A stretch of DNA of 64,000 bases, from the NCBI GenBank assembly GCA_041657405.1, contig JBBABX010000001.1:106316-170315 (forward strand). Reading direction: 5' to 3'. The translations under genes and the position numbers were made by a program. Source of the DNA: Minisyncoccota bacterium. Its GTDB lineage: Bacteria; Patescibacteriota; Minisyncoccia; Phycocordibacterales; XYD1-FULL-46-19. Positions 46,920 to 55,869 of this stretch are shown here, in pieces. The notes beneath the pieces were generated by a model that was not told where the DNA came from, made no database searches, and worked only from the letters and a program-made list of their open reading frames with translations. How positions within the stretch are numbered: position 1 is the first letter of the stretch; each line of letters starts with the position of its first letter.

Positions 46920-48839
46920 TTAAATTATCGTCCACAACCCATTTTCTGTTTCTAACAATTCTTCATCAATATCAAAAATAAATTCCGAAGGCAAGTTGAC
47001 TTGTCTCGAACCGAAAACTAGTCGTGATTGGGCGTAAGTAAGATAAAGTTTTTGACGAGCACGAGTGATTGCAACATAAAACAATCGTCGCTCCTCTTCT
47101 TCGTCGCGATCTGTTTCGCCGAAGCCTTGATGTGGAAATAAACCTTCTTCCAAACCAGTGACAAAAACTGTGTCAAATTCTAGGCCCTTAGCGGCGTGAA
47201 CAGTCATTAATTTAGCACCGTTTTTATTTTGGTTAAGTGAATCTTGTTCAGAAGTTAGCATAATTTCTGCCAACATTATTGGTACCGCTTCGTCTGACGC
47301 TAGGTGATCATATTTTACCGCTAAACTCGCGAACTCGCGCGCATTTTCTAAACGTTCTAAATTATCTTCCCCGCCCTTTTTTAATTCTTCTTCCAATTTA
47401 GTTTTTTCCAGAACAAATTTAATCAATTCTGAAGGTTTATGACTTTGGGCAAAGTTGGCAATTTCAGTAAGTAGTTGTCGGAACTTGGCAATTTTTTCCT
47501 TAGTCGCGGTTGGTAAAGTTTCTTCAGCGCCGTTAGCGATTTTGGTGAGGGTCACTTGTCCCAAGCCACGTGGTGGCACATTAATGACGCGTCTCATTGC
47601 CTCAAAGTCGGTTGGATTAAGGGCTACTTTAATATAAGAAATAATATCTTTAATTTCTTTGCGTTCAAAAAATCTGGTACCCAAGACTTGGTATATCACA
47701 CCAGCTCTCAAAAAAGCTTCTTCCAACACCCGTGACTGGAAATTGGCACGGTACAAAATAGCAATCTGTTCCGGATTGGTTCCTTCTTTTATCATTTCTC
47801 TGGCGCGCTCAGCAATAAAATTTGCCTCGTCGCTTTCTTCCAAACCGGTGTAAAGTCCGATTTTAGCCCCACCTTTTTTCTTAGTGAAGAGATTTTTGTC
47901 AAAACGGTGAGTGTTTTTAGCAATAATTCGATTAGCAGCAGTCAAAATTGTTTCGGTGGAGCGATAATTTTCTTCTAAGAGAACAGTCTTGGCGCTCGGG
48001 TAATCTTTTTCAAAACGTAATAGGTTGGTATAATCAGCTCCGCGCCAGCCGTAAATTGATTGGTCCATATCGCCGACGACACAAATATTTTTGTATTTTT
48101 CGGCTAATAGATTAACTAGTTCATATTGAATAACATTGGTATCTTGGTATTCGTCCACTGAGATATAGGAAAAACGTTCTTGGTATTTATTAAGAATTTC
48201 TGGCTGAGTTTTAAATAATTGAACTACCCAAACTAATAAGTCATCAAAGTCCAAGGCATTTTCTTTTTTGAGTAGTTTAGTGTATTCAGTCCAAACGATA
48301 GAAACAGTTTTAGAGTAATAATTTGCCGCATTGGTTTGATACTCATTCAAGCTAACACCATCCCCTTTTTGACGAGAAATAGCTGAGAGGATTTTGTTAG
48401 GCTCAAATCTTTTAGGGTCAACACCGACTTTTTTCATTGCGCTTTTGATTTTGGAAATTGAATCATTGCGGTCAAAAATAGAAAAAAACTTAGGCAAGTC
48501 TAGGGCGCGGTGTTCATTTCGTAAAATATAGACGCAAAGCGCGTGAAAAGTGGAAACAAATGGCTCGGATCGTTTTAGATCTTGCGATAGTTCTATTTTG
48601 TTTTGATTACTTTTGATGAACAAAGCTAGGATTCGTTCTTTCATCTCGCGAGCTGCTTTATTGGTAAAAGTGATGGCTAAAATTTGATCTGGTGAGACTC
48701 CAGATTTAACCAGATGCAAGATACGATAAGCAACGGTTCGCGTCTTGCCAGCTCCAGCACCAGCGATAACCAAGAGTGGTCCGTTTTTATGTTCGACCGC
48801 TTCACGTTGTGGCGTATTTAATTCGTTAAGATAAAACAT
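46920..48839 (-). CDS. pcrA: ATP-dependent DNA helicase PcrA/UvrD family
   Basis: LNTPQREAV, AGAGAGKTRT Walker A, helicase motifs II-VI (VDEYQDTN, ...). Confidence 0.9.
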   Translation of the reverse strand: MFYLNELNTPQREAVEHKNGPLLVIAGAGAGKTRTVAYRILHLVKSGVSPDQILAITFTNKAAREMKERILALFIKSNQNKIELSQDLKRSEPFVSTFHALCVYILRNEHRALDLPKFFSIFDRNDSISKIKSAMKKVGVDPKRFEPNKILSAISRQKGDGVSLNEYQTNAANYYSKTVSIVWTEYTKLLKKENALDFDDLLVWVVQLFKTQPEILNKYQERFSYISVDEYQDTNVIQYELVNLLAEKYKNICVVGDMDQSIYGWRGADYTNLLRFEKDYPSAKTVLLEENYRSTETILTAANRIIAKNTHRFDKNLFTKKKGGAKIGLYTGLEESDEANFIAERAREMIKEGTNPEQIAILYRANFQSRVLEEAFLRAGVIYQVLGTRFFERKEIKDIISYIKVALNPTDFEAMRRVINVPPRGLGQVTLTKIANGAEETLPTATKEKIAKFRQLLTEIANFAQSHKPSELIKFVLEKTKLEEELKKGGEDNLERLENAREFASLAVKYDHLASDEAVPIMLAEIMLTSEQDSLNQNKNGAKLMTVHAAKGLEFDTVFVTGLEEGLFPHQGFGETDRDEEEERRLFYVAITRARQKLYLTYAQSRLVFGSRQVNLPSEFIFDIDEELLETENGLWTII

Positions 48840-48896
48840 GGACTAGTAGATACTATCATAATATAATTGAAACATATAAATTCTAATTTTTATTTT

Positions 48897-49337
48897 ATGG
48901 CAGAAAATTTTTTAGTTAGTAATAAAATGATTGAAGCGGAAATCGTGGAATTACAAAAAAAAATTGAAGAAAAACGTAATCAATTGGAAAAACAAAGTGG
49001 CATTATGGAAGAAAAAAGTCTTGTCCGTGAAGCGTTCCAAGAAATGATTGCCAAAAAGATAGAAGAGGAACCAGAAACAACCCCGGCTTCAAAAGTTGAT
49101 TTAGTTGGTGAGCCTCAAAAAACTTCATGGATAAATGTTAGCGCTAGTTATCTGGATCGCTTGGATGAAAAAACAATATCAAAATTAAATATTTATATTG
49201 ATGAAATCAACCAACAAGGTATTGTTCGCACCTTAAAAAAAGCAATAACCGATGAACCTTTTGTTATTGATGCATTACATGACATTCTAGTTGACAAACT
49301 TTATGAAGAATTAAAAAATCGAGGGTTGATTAAATGA
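48897..49337 (+). CDS. hypothetical coiled-coil protein, translationally coupled to the coupling-ATPase gene
   Basis: ORF-track start 48867 is TTG; ATG (MAENFLV) at 48897; its stop lies 1 nt before the next ATG. Confidence 0.4.
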   Translation: MAENFLVSNKMIEAEIVELQKKIEEKRNQLEKQSGIMEEKSLVREAFQEMIAKKIEEEPETTPASKVDLVGEPQKTSWINVSASYLDRLDEKTISKLNIYIDEINQQGIVRTLKKAITDEPFVIDALHDILVDKLYEELKNRGLIK

Positions 49338-49338
49338 T

Positions 49339-51708
49339 ATGAACAAGTCAGTATCTTTAATTTTCTTTCTAATAATTACTACTGTTGCCTTAACAATTGC
49401 CTTTTTGTTATTTTTTTGGTGGCGTCGTCAACGTTTAAATAATCTTGATTTGAAAATTTTAGTCATAAAGATTCCCCACCATGACAAAGAAAATGGTGAA
49501 AAAGATTTTATTAAACAAATTAACTTATCTGAGCAATTATTTGTTGCGCTATCTTCTATTGGTCGCCCCTATGTTTTTGAAGCTTCTGTTTTAAACACGG
49601 GCGAAGAAATTCGTTTTTATTTGGCAGTGCCAAGATCTTCTTTGGAATATGCTCGTAAAACTGTTCAAGGTTTTTTCTTAGATGCTCAAGTTGAGGAAGC
49701 TTCTGACTATACGATTTTTGAGACTGGTAGCCAAGCCGCTGCTGGTTATCTGACTTTGGACAAACATTTTGTTTTGCCGGTTGCTTCTTATCGCGAATCA
49801 GAAGCGGACGTTTTTTCACCGATTCTTTCAACTTTATCAAAGTTGGCTGAAAATAGTGAGGGAGCCTCTGTCCAAGTGGTTATTTCGCCAATTGGTGAGA
49901 TATCTAAAAAAGAAATAATGAATATTCTAGGAAAATTACGTGAAGGCAAAACCTTGAAAGAGTTAACAGACACCAGTCCATCTCTCAAAAAGGTAGGTAA
50001 AGAGCTTGAAAAAATGATTTTAACGAATAATGGTGGTGATGAAAAAGAAACTAAATTAGCGGACGAAGAAGCGGTAAAAGCTGTTCAGCTTAAAATTTCC
50101 AAAACCTTGATGTCGGTTAATGTCAGGATTATTGCCGCTGCGGCGACTAAAGGTCGAGCAGAAGATATTCTGATGTCTGTTGCCTCTTCTTTTAGCAAAT
50201 TAGCCTCACCAGTTCGTAACTCATTTAAAATTGTTAAACCTAAGAAGATTAATAAACTTATTTTCCACTATGTTTTTAGAGAGGCAGATGATAGCCAAGC
50301 CATTATTTTAAATGTGGAAGAGTTAGCTAGTATTTTTCATTTACCAACTGAGACTTCTGATGTTCCAAATGTCACTTGGTTGCGAGCAAAAGAAGCACCA
50401 CCGCCAGAAAATTTGCCGACAAAGGGTTTAATATTGGGTCAAAGTGTTTTTCGTGGAGTGGAAAAAACAATTTGTGTAACAGAAGAAGACCGTCGTCGTC
50501 ATACTTATATTGTCGGACAGACCGGAACTGGTAAGTCAGTTTTTATCCAAAATATGGCGATGCAAGATATGTATGAAAACAGGGGTTTTTGTGTAATTGA
50601 TCCGCACGGTGAATTGGTAGATAAAATTTTGAATTTTGTGCCAGTCAATCGGATTGATGATGTGATTATTTTTGATCCAGGAGACCGCAGTCGGCCGTTG
50701 GGGCTTAATATGCTTGAATACAATTTGTCGCGACCAGAAGAAAAAACCTTCATCGTTAACGAAATCCAAGCGATTTTTAACCAGCTTTTTATGAAAGAAA
50801 CAATGGGGCCGCAATTTGAAAAATATATGCGTAATACCCTACTTCTTTTAATGGATGATTTCAAAAATGAACCAACTACTTTAATGGAAGTTCCGCGTAT
50901 CTTTACTGATGAAGAATTTCGTCGTCGTAAACTTTCTAATTGCACCACCCCCCTGGTTATTGATTTTTGGACCAAAGAAGTGCCCAAGACGACTGGCGAA
51001 CAAAGCCTCGGTAACTTTGCGCCTTACATTACATCAAAATTTGACGGTTTTATTTCTAATGATTATTTGCGTCCAATTATTGGCCAAACCAAATCATCTT
51101 TTAACTTTCGTCAGGCAATGGATGAGAATAAAATTATCTTAGTTAATTTGTCTAAAGGCAAATTAGGTGATTTAAATTCGGCACTTTTGGGGATGCTTAT
51201 TGTTGGAAAGCTTTTGCAGGCGGCTTTGTCACGAGTTGATATCATTGATGAAAAATCACGGCAGGATTTTTATCTTTATATTGATGAATTTCAGAATTAC
51301 ACAACAGATTCTATCGCCACAATTTTGTCAGAGGCACGTAAATACCGTCTGAATTTGACGATTGCTCATCAGTTTATTGCGCAACTGAAGGACAATATTC
51401 GTGAATCTGTTTTTGGAAATGTTGGCAATTTGATTGCTATGAGAGTTGGTTCTCCTGACGCTGAAATTTTAGTTAAGCATTTCGGTCCGATTTTTAATGA
51501 GCGCGACTTGATCGGTATTGAAAATTTGAATGCTTATGCCAAAATTTTGATTAATGGTCAGCCAACAGAACCGTTTAATATTAAATTTAAGTGGGCTGAA
51601 GGAGGTTCCACCGAAGTCCGTGAACAAATGAAGGAATTATCACGTTTAAAATATGGCAATGATTTGCAAGAAGTAGAGAATGATATTATAAAAAGACTCA
51701 GAAATTAA
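49339..51708 (+). CDS. TraD/VirD4-like type IV coupling protein (T4CP) ATPase
   Basis: N-terminal TM; Walker A VGQTGTGKSV followed by CVIDPHGEL (cf. TraD GATGTGKS ... IFDPNGD); Walker B LYIDEFQNY. Confidence 0.65.
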   Translation: MNKSVSLIFFLIITTVALTIAFLLFFWWRRQRLNNLDLKILVIKIPHHDKENGEKDFIKQINLSEQLFVALSSIGRPYVFEASVLNTGEEIRFYLAVPRSSLEYARKTVQGFFLDAQVEEASDYTIFETGSQAAAGYLTLDKHFVLPVASYRESEADVFSPILSTLSKLAENSEGASVQVVISPIGEISKKEIMNILGKLREGKTLKELTDTSPSLKKVGKELEKMILTNNGGDEKETKLADEEAVKAVQLKISKTLMSVNVRIIAAAATKGRAEDILMSVASSFSKLASPVRNSFKIVKPKKINKLIFHYVFREADDSQAIILNVEELASIFHLPTETSDVPNVTWLRAKEAPPPENLPTKGLILGQSVFRGVEKTICVTEEDRRRHTYIVGQTGTGKSVFIQNMAMQDMYENRGFCVIDPHGELVDKILNFVPVNRIDDVIIFDPGDRSRPLGLNMLEYNLSRPEEKTFIVNEIQAIFNQLFMKETMGPQFEKYMRNTLLLLMDDFKNEPTTLMEVPRIFTDEEFRRRKLSNCTTPLVIDFWTKEVPKTTGEQSLGNFAPYITSKFDGFISNDYLRPIIGQTKSSFNFRQAMDENKIILVNLSKGKLGDLNSALLGMLIVGKLLQAALSRVDIIDEKSRQDFYLYIDEFQNYTTDSIATILSEARKYRLNLTIAHQFIAQLKDNIRESVFGNVGNLIAMRVGSPDAEILVKHFGPIFNERDLIGIENLNAYAKILINGQPTEPFNIKFKWAEGGSTEVREQMKELSRLKYGNDLQEVENDIIKRLRN

Positions 51709-52118
51709 ATTGAACAGATTTTTAATTAAGTGTTCGGAAGTGTTTAACTAAAAAACTTTCATAAATTTACAACCCAAGAGCCTCCAAAGTTTCTCTCATC
51801 ACGTTTATCTTTTTTACTTTAAATTTTGACTTTTTCCGTCAAATATTTTGAATTATTTGTGTTTTGTTTGCAAAATAAAGCTTTAAAAGTTATCCACTTC
51901 TTGTTGAATTTTTATTGAATTTTGTCTTATTTTGGTCTAAAATAACCAAGTGCTTGATTTTTCTGGATAAGAGAATAAATTAACACTTTTTACTGGTTGC
52001 GGTCGTCATTAAGCACAAAATTTGACTTATTTTACGTAAATCTAAAAAGTCTGAGCCCGAAAAGGAGGCAAAGGCTAAAAAGTCTTTATTTTTATACACT
52101 ATTTTAAATAGGCGGGTT

Positions 52119-53144
52119 TTGATGTTGGCGGTTGTTATTTATATTTTAGTGGTCGCCAGCCAAGCCGAAGCAACAATTTTGTCAACAATGACAGATATTA
52201 TCTTCCGTTCTGGCAAACACCTTTCTACTTCAGCTAATCAAACTTTGGCGGCAGTTTCGGTAAATTCCCAAAATATGGCACTTTTGGAATCTCAACCAGA
52301 AAGAGATGAGTTGTTAGCCAAATCTGATGTTGATTTACCGCTAGTCGGCGGAGCTGCGGTTTTAGCCGAAAATGGTCCAATGGGAACAGTCGCCGATTTA
52401 ACCGAAGGCGTTCCACCGACTGACCAGATTAGCGTTTATATTGTGAGACCTGGCGACAATCTCTCAACTATTGCCCAAATGTATGGAGTCTCTGTTAACA
52501 CAATTCGTTGGGCTAATGATTTAACTAAAAACTCGGTAATAAAAGAAGGCCAAACTTTGGTGATTTTGCCTATAACCGGCATCCGTTATACAGTCAAAAA
52601 AGGAGATACCCTAGCGGGAATTATAAAAAAATATGGGGGCGACTTGGATGAAATAATTCTTTACAATGATTTAGAAATTGAAAAAGGTCTAACGATTGGG
52701 CAAATCATAATTATTCCTGATGGTGATTATGGGGTGCCAGTCGCCAAATCTCCAGCGGCTGGGACCTCTTCGGGGGGGAAATATAAAGGTCCCAGTTACC
52801 CAGGTTATTTTATGCGTCCGATTACTGGTGGAGTTCGCACCCAAGGTCTCCATGGCAATAATGCGGTTGATTTGGCAGCACCTTATGGCACACCGATTTA
52901 TGCGGCAGCTTCGGGACAAGTTATTTTGGCTCGCCCAACTGGTTATAATGGCGGTTATGGCGGCTATTTAGTTATCTCTCATCCCAATGGGACACAAACT
53001 CTCTACTCTCATTGTAGTAGTTTGGCAGTAATTTCTGGACAAAGAGTAGAAAGGGGTGATGTTGTTGGTTATATTGGTTCCACGGGTCGTTCTACTGGCA
53101 ACCATCTTCATTTTGAAGTTCGTGGCGCAGTCAATCCCTTTTAG
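52119..53144 (+). CDS. LysM-domain M23 family metalloendopeptidase
   Basis: two LysM repeats (YIVRPGDNLSTIAQMYGVSVNTI..., YTVKKGDTLAGIIKKYGG...); M23 motifs HGNNAVDL...GSTGRSTGNHLHFEV. Confidence 0.9.
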   Translation: MMLAVVIYILVVASQAEATILSTMTDIIFRSGKHLSTSANQTLAAVSVNSQNMALLESQPERDELLAKSDVDLPLVGGAAVLAENGPMGTVADLTEGVPPTDQISVYIVRPGDNLSTIAQMYGVSVNTIRWANDLTKNSVIKEGQTLVILPITGIRYTVKKGDTLAGIIKKYGGDLDEIILYNDLEIEKGLTIGQIIIIPDGDYGVPVAKSPAAGTSSGGKYKGPSYPGYFMRPITGGVRTQGLHGNNAVDLAAPYGTPIYAAASGQVILARPTGYNGGYGGYLVISHPNGTQTLYSHCSSLAVISGQRVERGDVVGYIGSTGRSTGNHLHFEVRGAVNPF

Positions 53145-53216
53145 ATTTGTTCGCGGTTTTTTTTGGGGGGGGGCAAAAATTAATTCTAAAAATTGCCTAA
53201 AAATAACGATTTAAAC

Positions 53217-53245
53217 GCTTCAGCATCCATCTGAAGCATTTATTA
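53217..53245 (+). terminator. terminator-like hairpin (gcttcag-catccat-ctgaagc followed by ATTTATT)
   Basis: seen directly, between convergent M23 and comM remnant. Confidence 0.4.
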
Positions 53246-53329
53246 ATTCTTATTTTAGAATTCTTCCAATTCTTTATTTTTTGGCAACCAGTTGTTTTCT
53301 GGATGTTTGTCTCTTAGACAGTCTTATTT

Positions 53330-54028
53330 TTAAAAATGATTTAAATTTTTAGGTCGATACTGAAATGCTTCTAACAAATGTTCTTCTCTGATATCTTTTT
53401 CTTCAGCGAGATCCGCAATCGTGCGAGCTAATTTAATAAGTCTATGATAGGCACGAGCTGAAAGGTTTAACTTGGAGGCTGATTCATTTAATAATTTTTG
53501 GCAGACGTTATTAAGTGGGGCATATTTTTCTAAATCCCTAGTATTCATCTCGCTGTTATAATATTTATTTCTTTCTTTTAGTCGTTCAGTTTGAATTGCA
53601 CGAGCTTTGACAACTCTTTCAAGAACTTTTTGGGAATATTCTCCTTTTTCTGTTTCGCTTAACTTTTTATATTCTACGGTGGGCACTTCTAACCATAAAT
53701 CAATGCGATCTATGACTGGACCGGAAATTTTATGTTGATATTTTTGAATTTGTCCCATTGAACAAACACATTCTTTAACGCGTGAACCAAGATATCCACA
53801 AGGGCAAGGATTCATTGCAGCGATCAAAATAAAATTAGCTGGGAAGTTCATATGTCCGCGCGAACGAGAAATACTTATGACCCGATCTTCTAAAGGTTGA
53901 CGCAGGGCCTCAATCACTTTTTTGTCAAATTCCGGAAATTCATCCAATGCCTTTGTCCCACAATTGTCTACTGGCTCACTTTTTAGTAGTATCTGACCAT
54001 GTACGACAATGGAAGTGTAGGAGAGCAA
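53330..54028 (-). pseudogene. comM: comM/yifB (Mg-chelatase-like competence protein), 5'-truncated: only the C-terminal ~230 aa present
   Basis: hallmark LDEFPEF...ALRQPLEDRVISISR...AAMNPCPCGY; Lon-like N-domain and Walker A are absent; homology stops at the junction with GC-richer foreign DNA. Confidence 0.7.
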
Positions 54029-54211
54029 ATACTGAATGGGGTCTTTAATGCCCTTTGGATTATTGCCCTACCTTTTGTTGGTATCTATCTATTATTGAAA
54101 TGGTTTGTTGTGGGAATAACAAAAGAAACTGGTAATAGGATTATAAAAATAGTGGGTGGAGCAATTGCTGTCGGAATAGTTGGATATATCTCAACTTTCT
54201 TTCTCAATTAA
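53999..54211 (+). CDS. small 2-TM membrane protein at the island edge (tentative)
   Basis: ATG ORF, 70 aa, hydrophobic (WIIALPFVGIYLLLKWFVVGI..., GGAIAVGIVGYISTFFL). Confidence 0.3.
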   Translation: MYDNGSVGEQILNGVFNALWIIALPFVGIYLLLKWFVVGITKETGNRIIKIVGGAIAVGIVGYISTFFLN

Positions 54212-54213
54212 AT

Positions 54214-54246
54214 TGTAGGACGTTTCTTATAAGGTGTGTCCCACAA
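54214..54246 (+). repeat. copy 1 of 33-bp hairpin motif TGTAGGAC-N16-GTCCCACAAA
   Basis: tgtaggacgtttcttataaggtgtgtcccacaaaa; seen directly. Confidence 0.6.
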
Positions 54247-54248
54247 AA

Positions 54249-54632
54249 TTAACTACTAGGATTGCAATTTAAGTATCTAAATGAATTATTTTGTCCTTGC
54301 CCCCAAGCCACCACTATTTTTTTATTAAGATACCTGTTTCTTATCTCATCGGGAGCAATTTTTCCTTCAAACTCCCACTTTGTGGGTTCGTACTCAGCTT
54401 TTTTCCATCTATCTATACTAAATACACCCTTTACTCTGTTTTGGTAAATAGCTAGTGCATAGTCTACTAAATCTTTAGACTCGCCAGTTTTGCTTAAAGA
54501 CCAAGCTTGTTTGGCTATATCGTAAATAGAGTTCTCATCCCCTTCCATGTGGGGTCTATAAGTTTGCGATATGTTCAACAATATAACTTTATCCTCTATG
54601 TCTTCCAGTCTAATTTCTTCTAAATTCTCCAT
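54249..54632 (-). CDS. hypothetical protein (127 aa)
   Basis: ORF; divergent partner of 54880..55581; bracketed by the hairpin-motif copies. Confidence 0.4.
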   Translation of the reverse strand: MENLEEIRLEDIEDKVILLNISQTYRPHMEGDENSIYDIAKQAWSLSKTGESKDLVDYALAIYQNRVKGVFSIDRWKKAEYEPTKWEFEGKIAPDEIRNRYLNKKIVVAWGQGQNNSFRYLNCNPSS

Positions 54633-54810
54633 GCTTTAATTGTAGCAAAGCGGTAGCTATTACAAAAAGTCTGCCCCACAATACGTTACTATTTAGGTAT
54701 GGTTTCAAAATTAAGAGCTTCAATCATTGTAGTGATTGTTGGACTAGCTTCTTTCTGGTTGGGTATGCAGACAGTAGTTCCTTGTGATTGTATTTCCAGA
54801 TTTGCTCTAC

Positions 54811-54843
54811 TGTAGGACACGATTTACGGTACGTGTCCCGAAA
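54811..54843 (+). repeat. copy 2 of 33-bp hairpin motif (tgtaggacacgatttacggtacgtgtcccgaaa)
   Basis: seen directly in the divergent intergenic region, ~37 nt upstream of the 54880 start. Confidence 0.6.
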
Positions 54844-54879
54844 CTTGCTTTACGTTGGTAGTCATATACGATAGATTCT

Positions 54880-55581
54880 ATGCCGAATAATAATTTCCAA
54901 ACACTACTGAAATTCTTTCTGGATGAGTTTGAAATGGAACTATTATTTGATCAAAGAAAACCTCAAAATATACAAGAAGGGATTTTAATCACTATCTTTA
55001 ATAGGATAAATGATATTCATACAATAATAGAACGACTTGGTCGTTACGATGTTTATTTTGATGCTTTTTATCCAGAAAATGATAGTCAGATTAGTGACGC
55101 TGAAGCAATTGAGTATCATCTCCACAGTTACTTACAGGACTTTTATTCTTTAAACGAGAAAGTTAATAGATTACTAGGATATATAAAGAACAATATTAAA
55201 CATTTTGATGTTGGTAATCCAGATGTTGTTAAAAAATTATTGGAACACTTACTCAATCAGGTTGGAAATGGTTTGAAGCAGGTTAATAATTTACGTGGTG
55301 ACCACGTCCATGACATGTCTGTTCGTGACAGTGAAATCTCAAGAGCAAAAATGCTTAAGACTTTAATGGGTTTTCATGAGGGAATTGACGAGCAAGCTGT
55401 AAAGGAAAAATACCAAACCATTATTGTAGAGACAAAGAAGAAATATGTTGGTCAAGCAGAAGCCAATAGAGAACAATTAAATGGAATGCGAAACTTTATC
55501 GCCCCAAGACTAGGACATGTTATTGCTTTCTTATATCAAAAGGACAGCTCTATATTTGAGAAAGAAATGTCACAAAATTAA
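54880..55581 (+). CDS. hypothetical protein (233 aa)
   Basis: ATG ORF, no recognisable motif. Confidence 0.45.
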   Translation: MPNNNFQTLLKFFLDEFEMELLFDQRKPQNIQEGILITIFNRINDIHTIIERLGRYDVYFDAFYPENDSQISDAEAIEYHLHSYLQDFYSLNEKVNRLLGYIKNNIKHFDVGNPDVVKKLLEHLLNQVGNGLKQVNNLRGDHVHDMSVRDSEISRAKMLKTLMGFHEGIDEQAVKEKYQTIIVETKKKYVGQAEANREQLNGMRNFIAPRLGHVIAFLYQKDSSIFEKEMSQN

Positions 55582-55694
55582 GTGACAACTACTGCGGTTA
55601 ACGTCCTGTAAAAGATTACGATAGTTAACGTATCCTCTCGTACGCGTGTACGCGCGCGGGAATGTGCCTTAAATATGGACTTGGGATATTGGTT

Positions 55695-55728
55695 TGTAGG
55701 ACAGCTATTAGTATTTCTGTCCCACAAA
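55695..55728 (+). repeat. copy 3 of 33-bp hairpin motif (tgtaggacagctattagtatttctgtcccacaaa)
   Basis: seen directly between 55581 and 55870. Confidence 0.6.
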
Positions 55729-55869
55729 CCGTACTGTGGATATGTGGATAATTAAGTAAATTAGCCCTAAAAGCCATACTCTTGAACGTATTTGCTTGAC
55801 TTTTTCCTACTTAGTCAATAGACTGAATAAGTAAGTGGTGTTTCTTAATCACTCCACTGAATAAGGAAA

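Noticed and set aside
53999-54060. Reconstitution of the comM 5' end by the element (as tyrosine-integrase islands do)
   Set aside because: Upstream of residue ~10 of the remnant ORF there is no further ComM similarity (no Walker A or Lon-like domain). The recombinases present are serine-type, which do not restore target genes.
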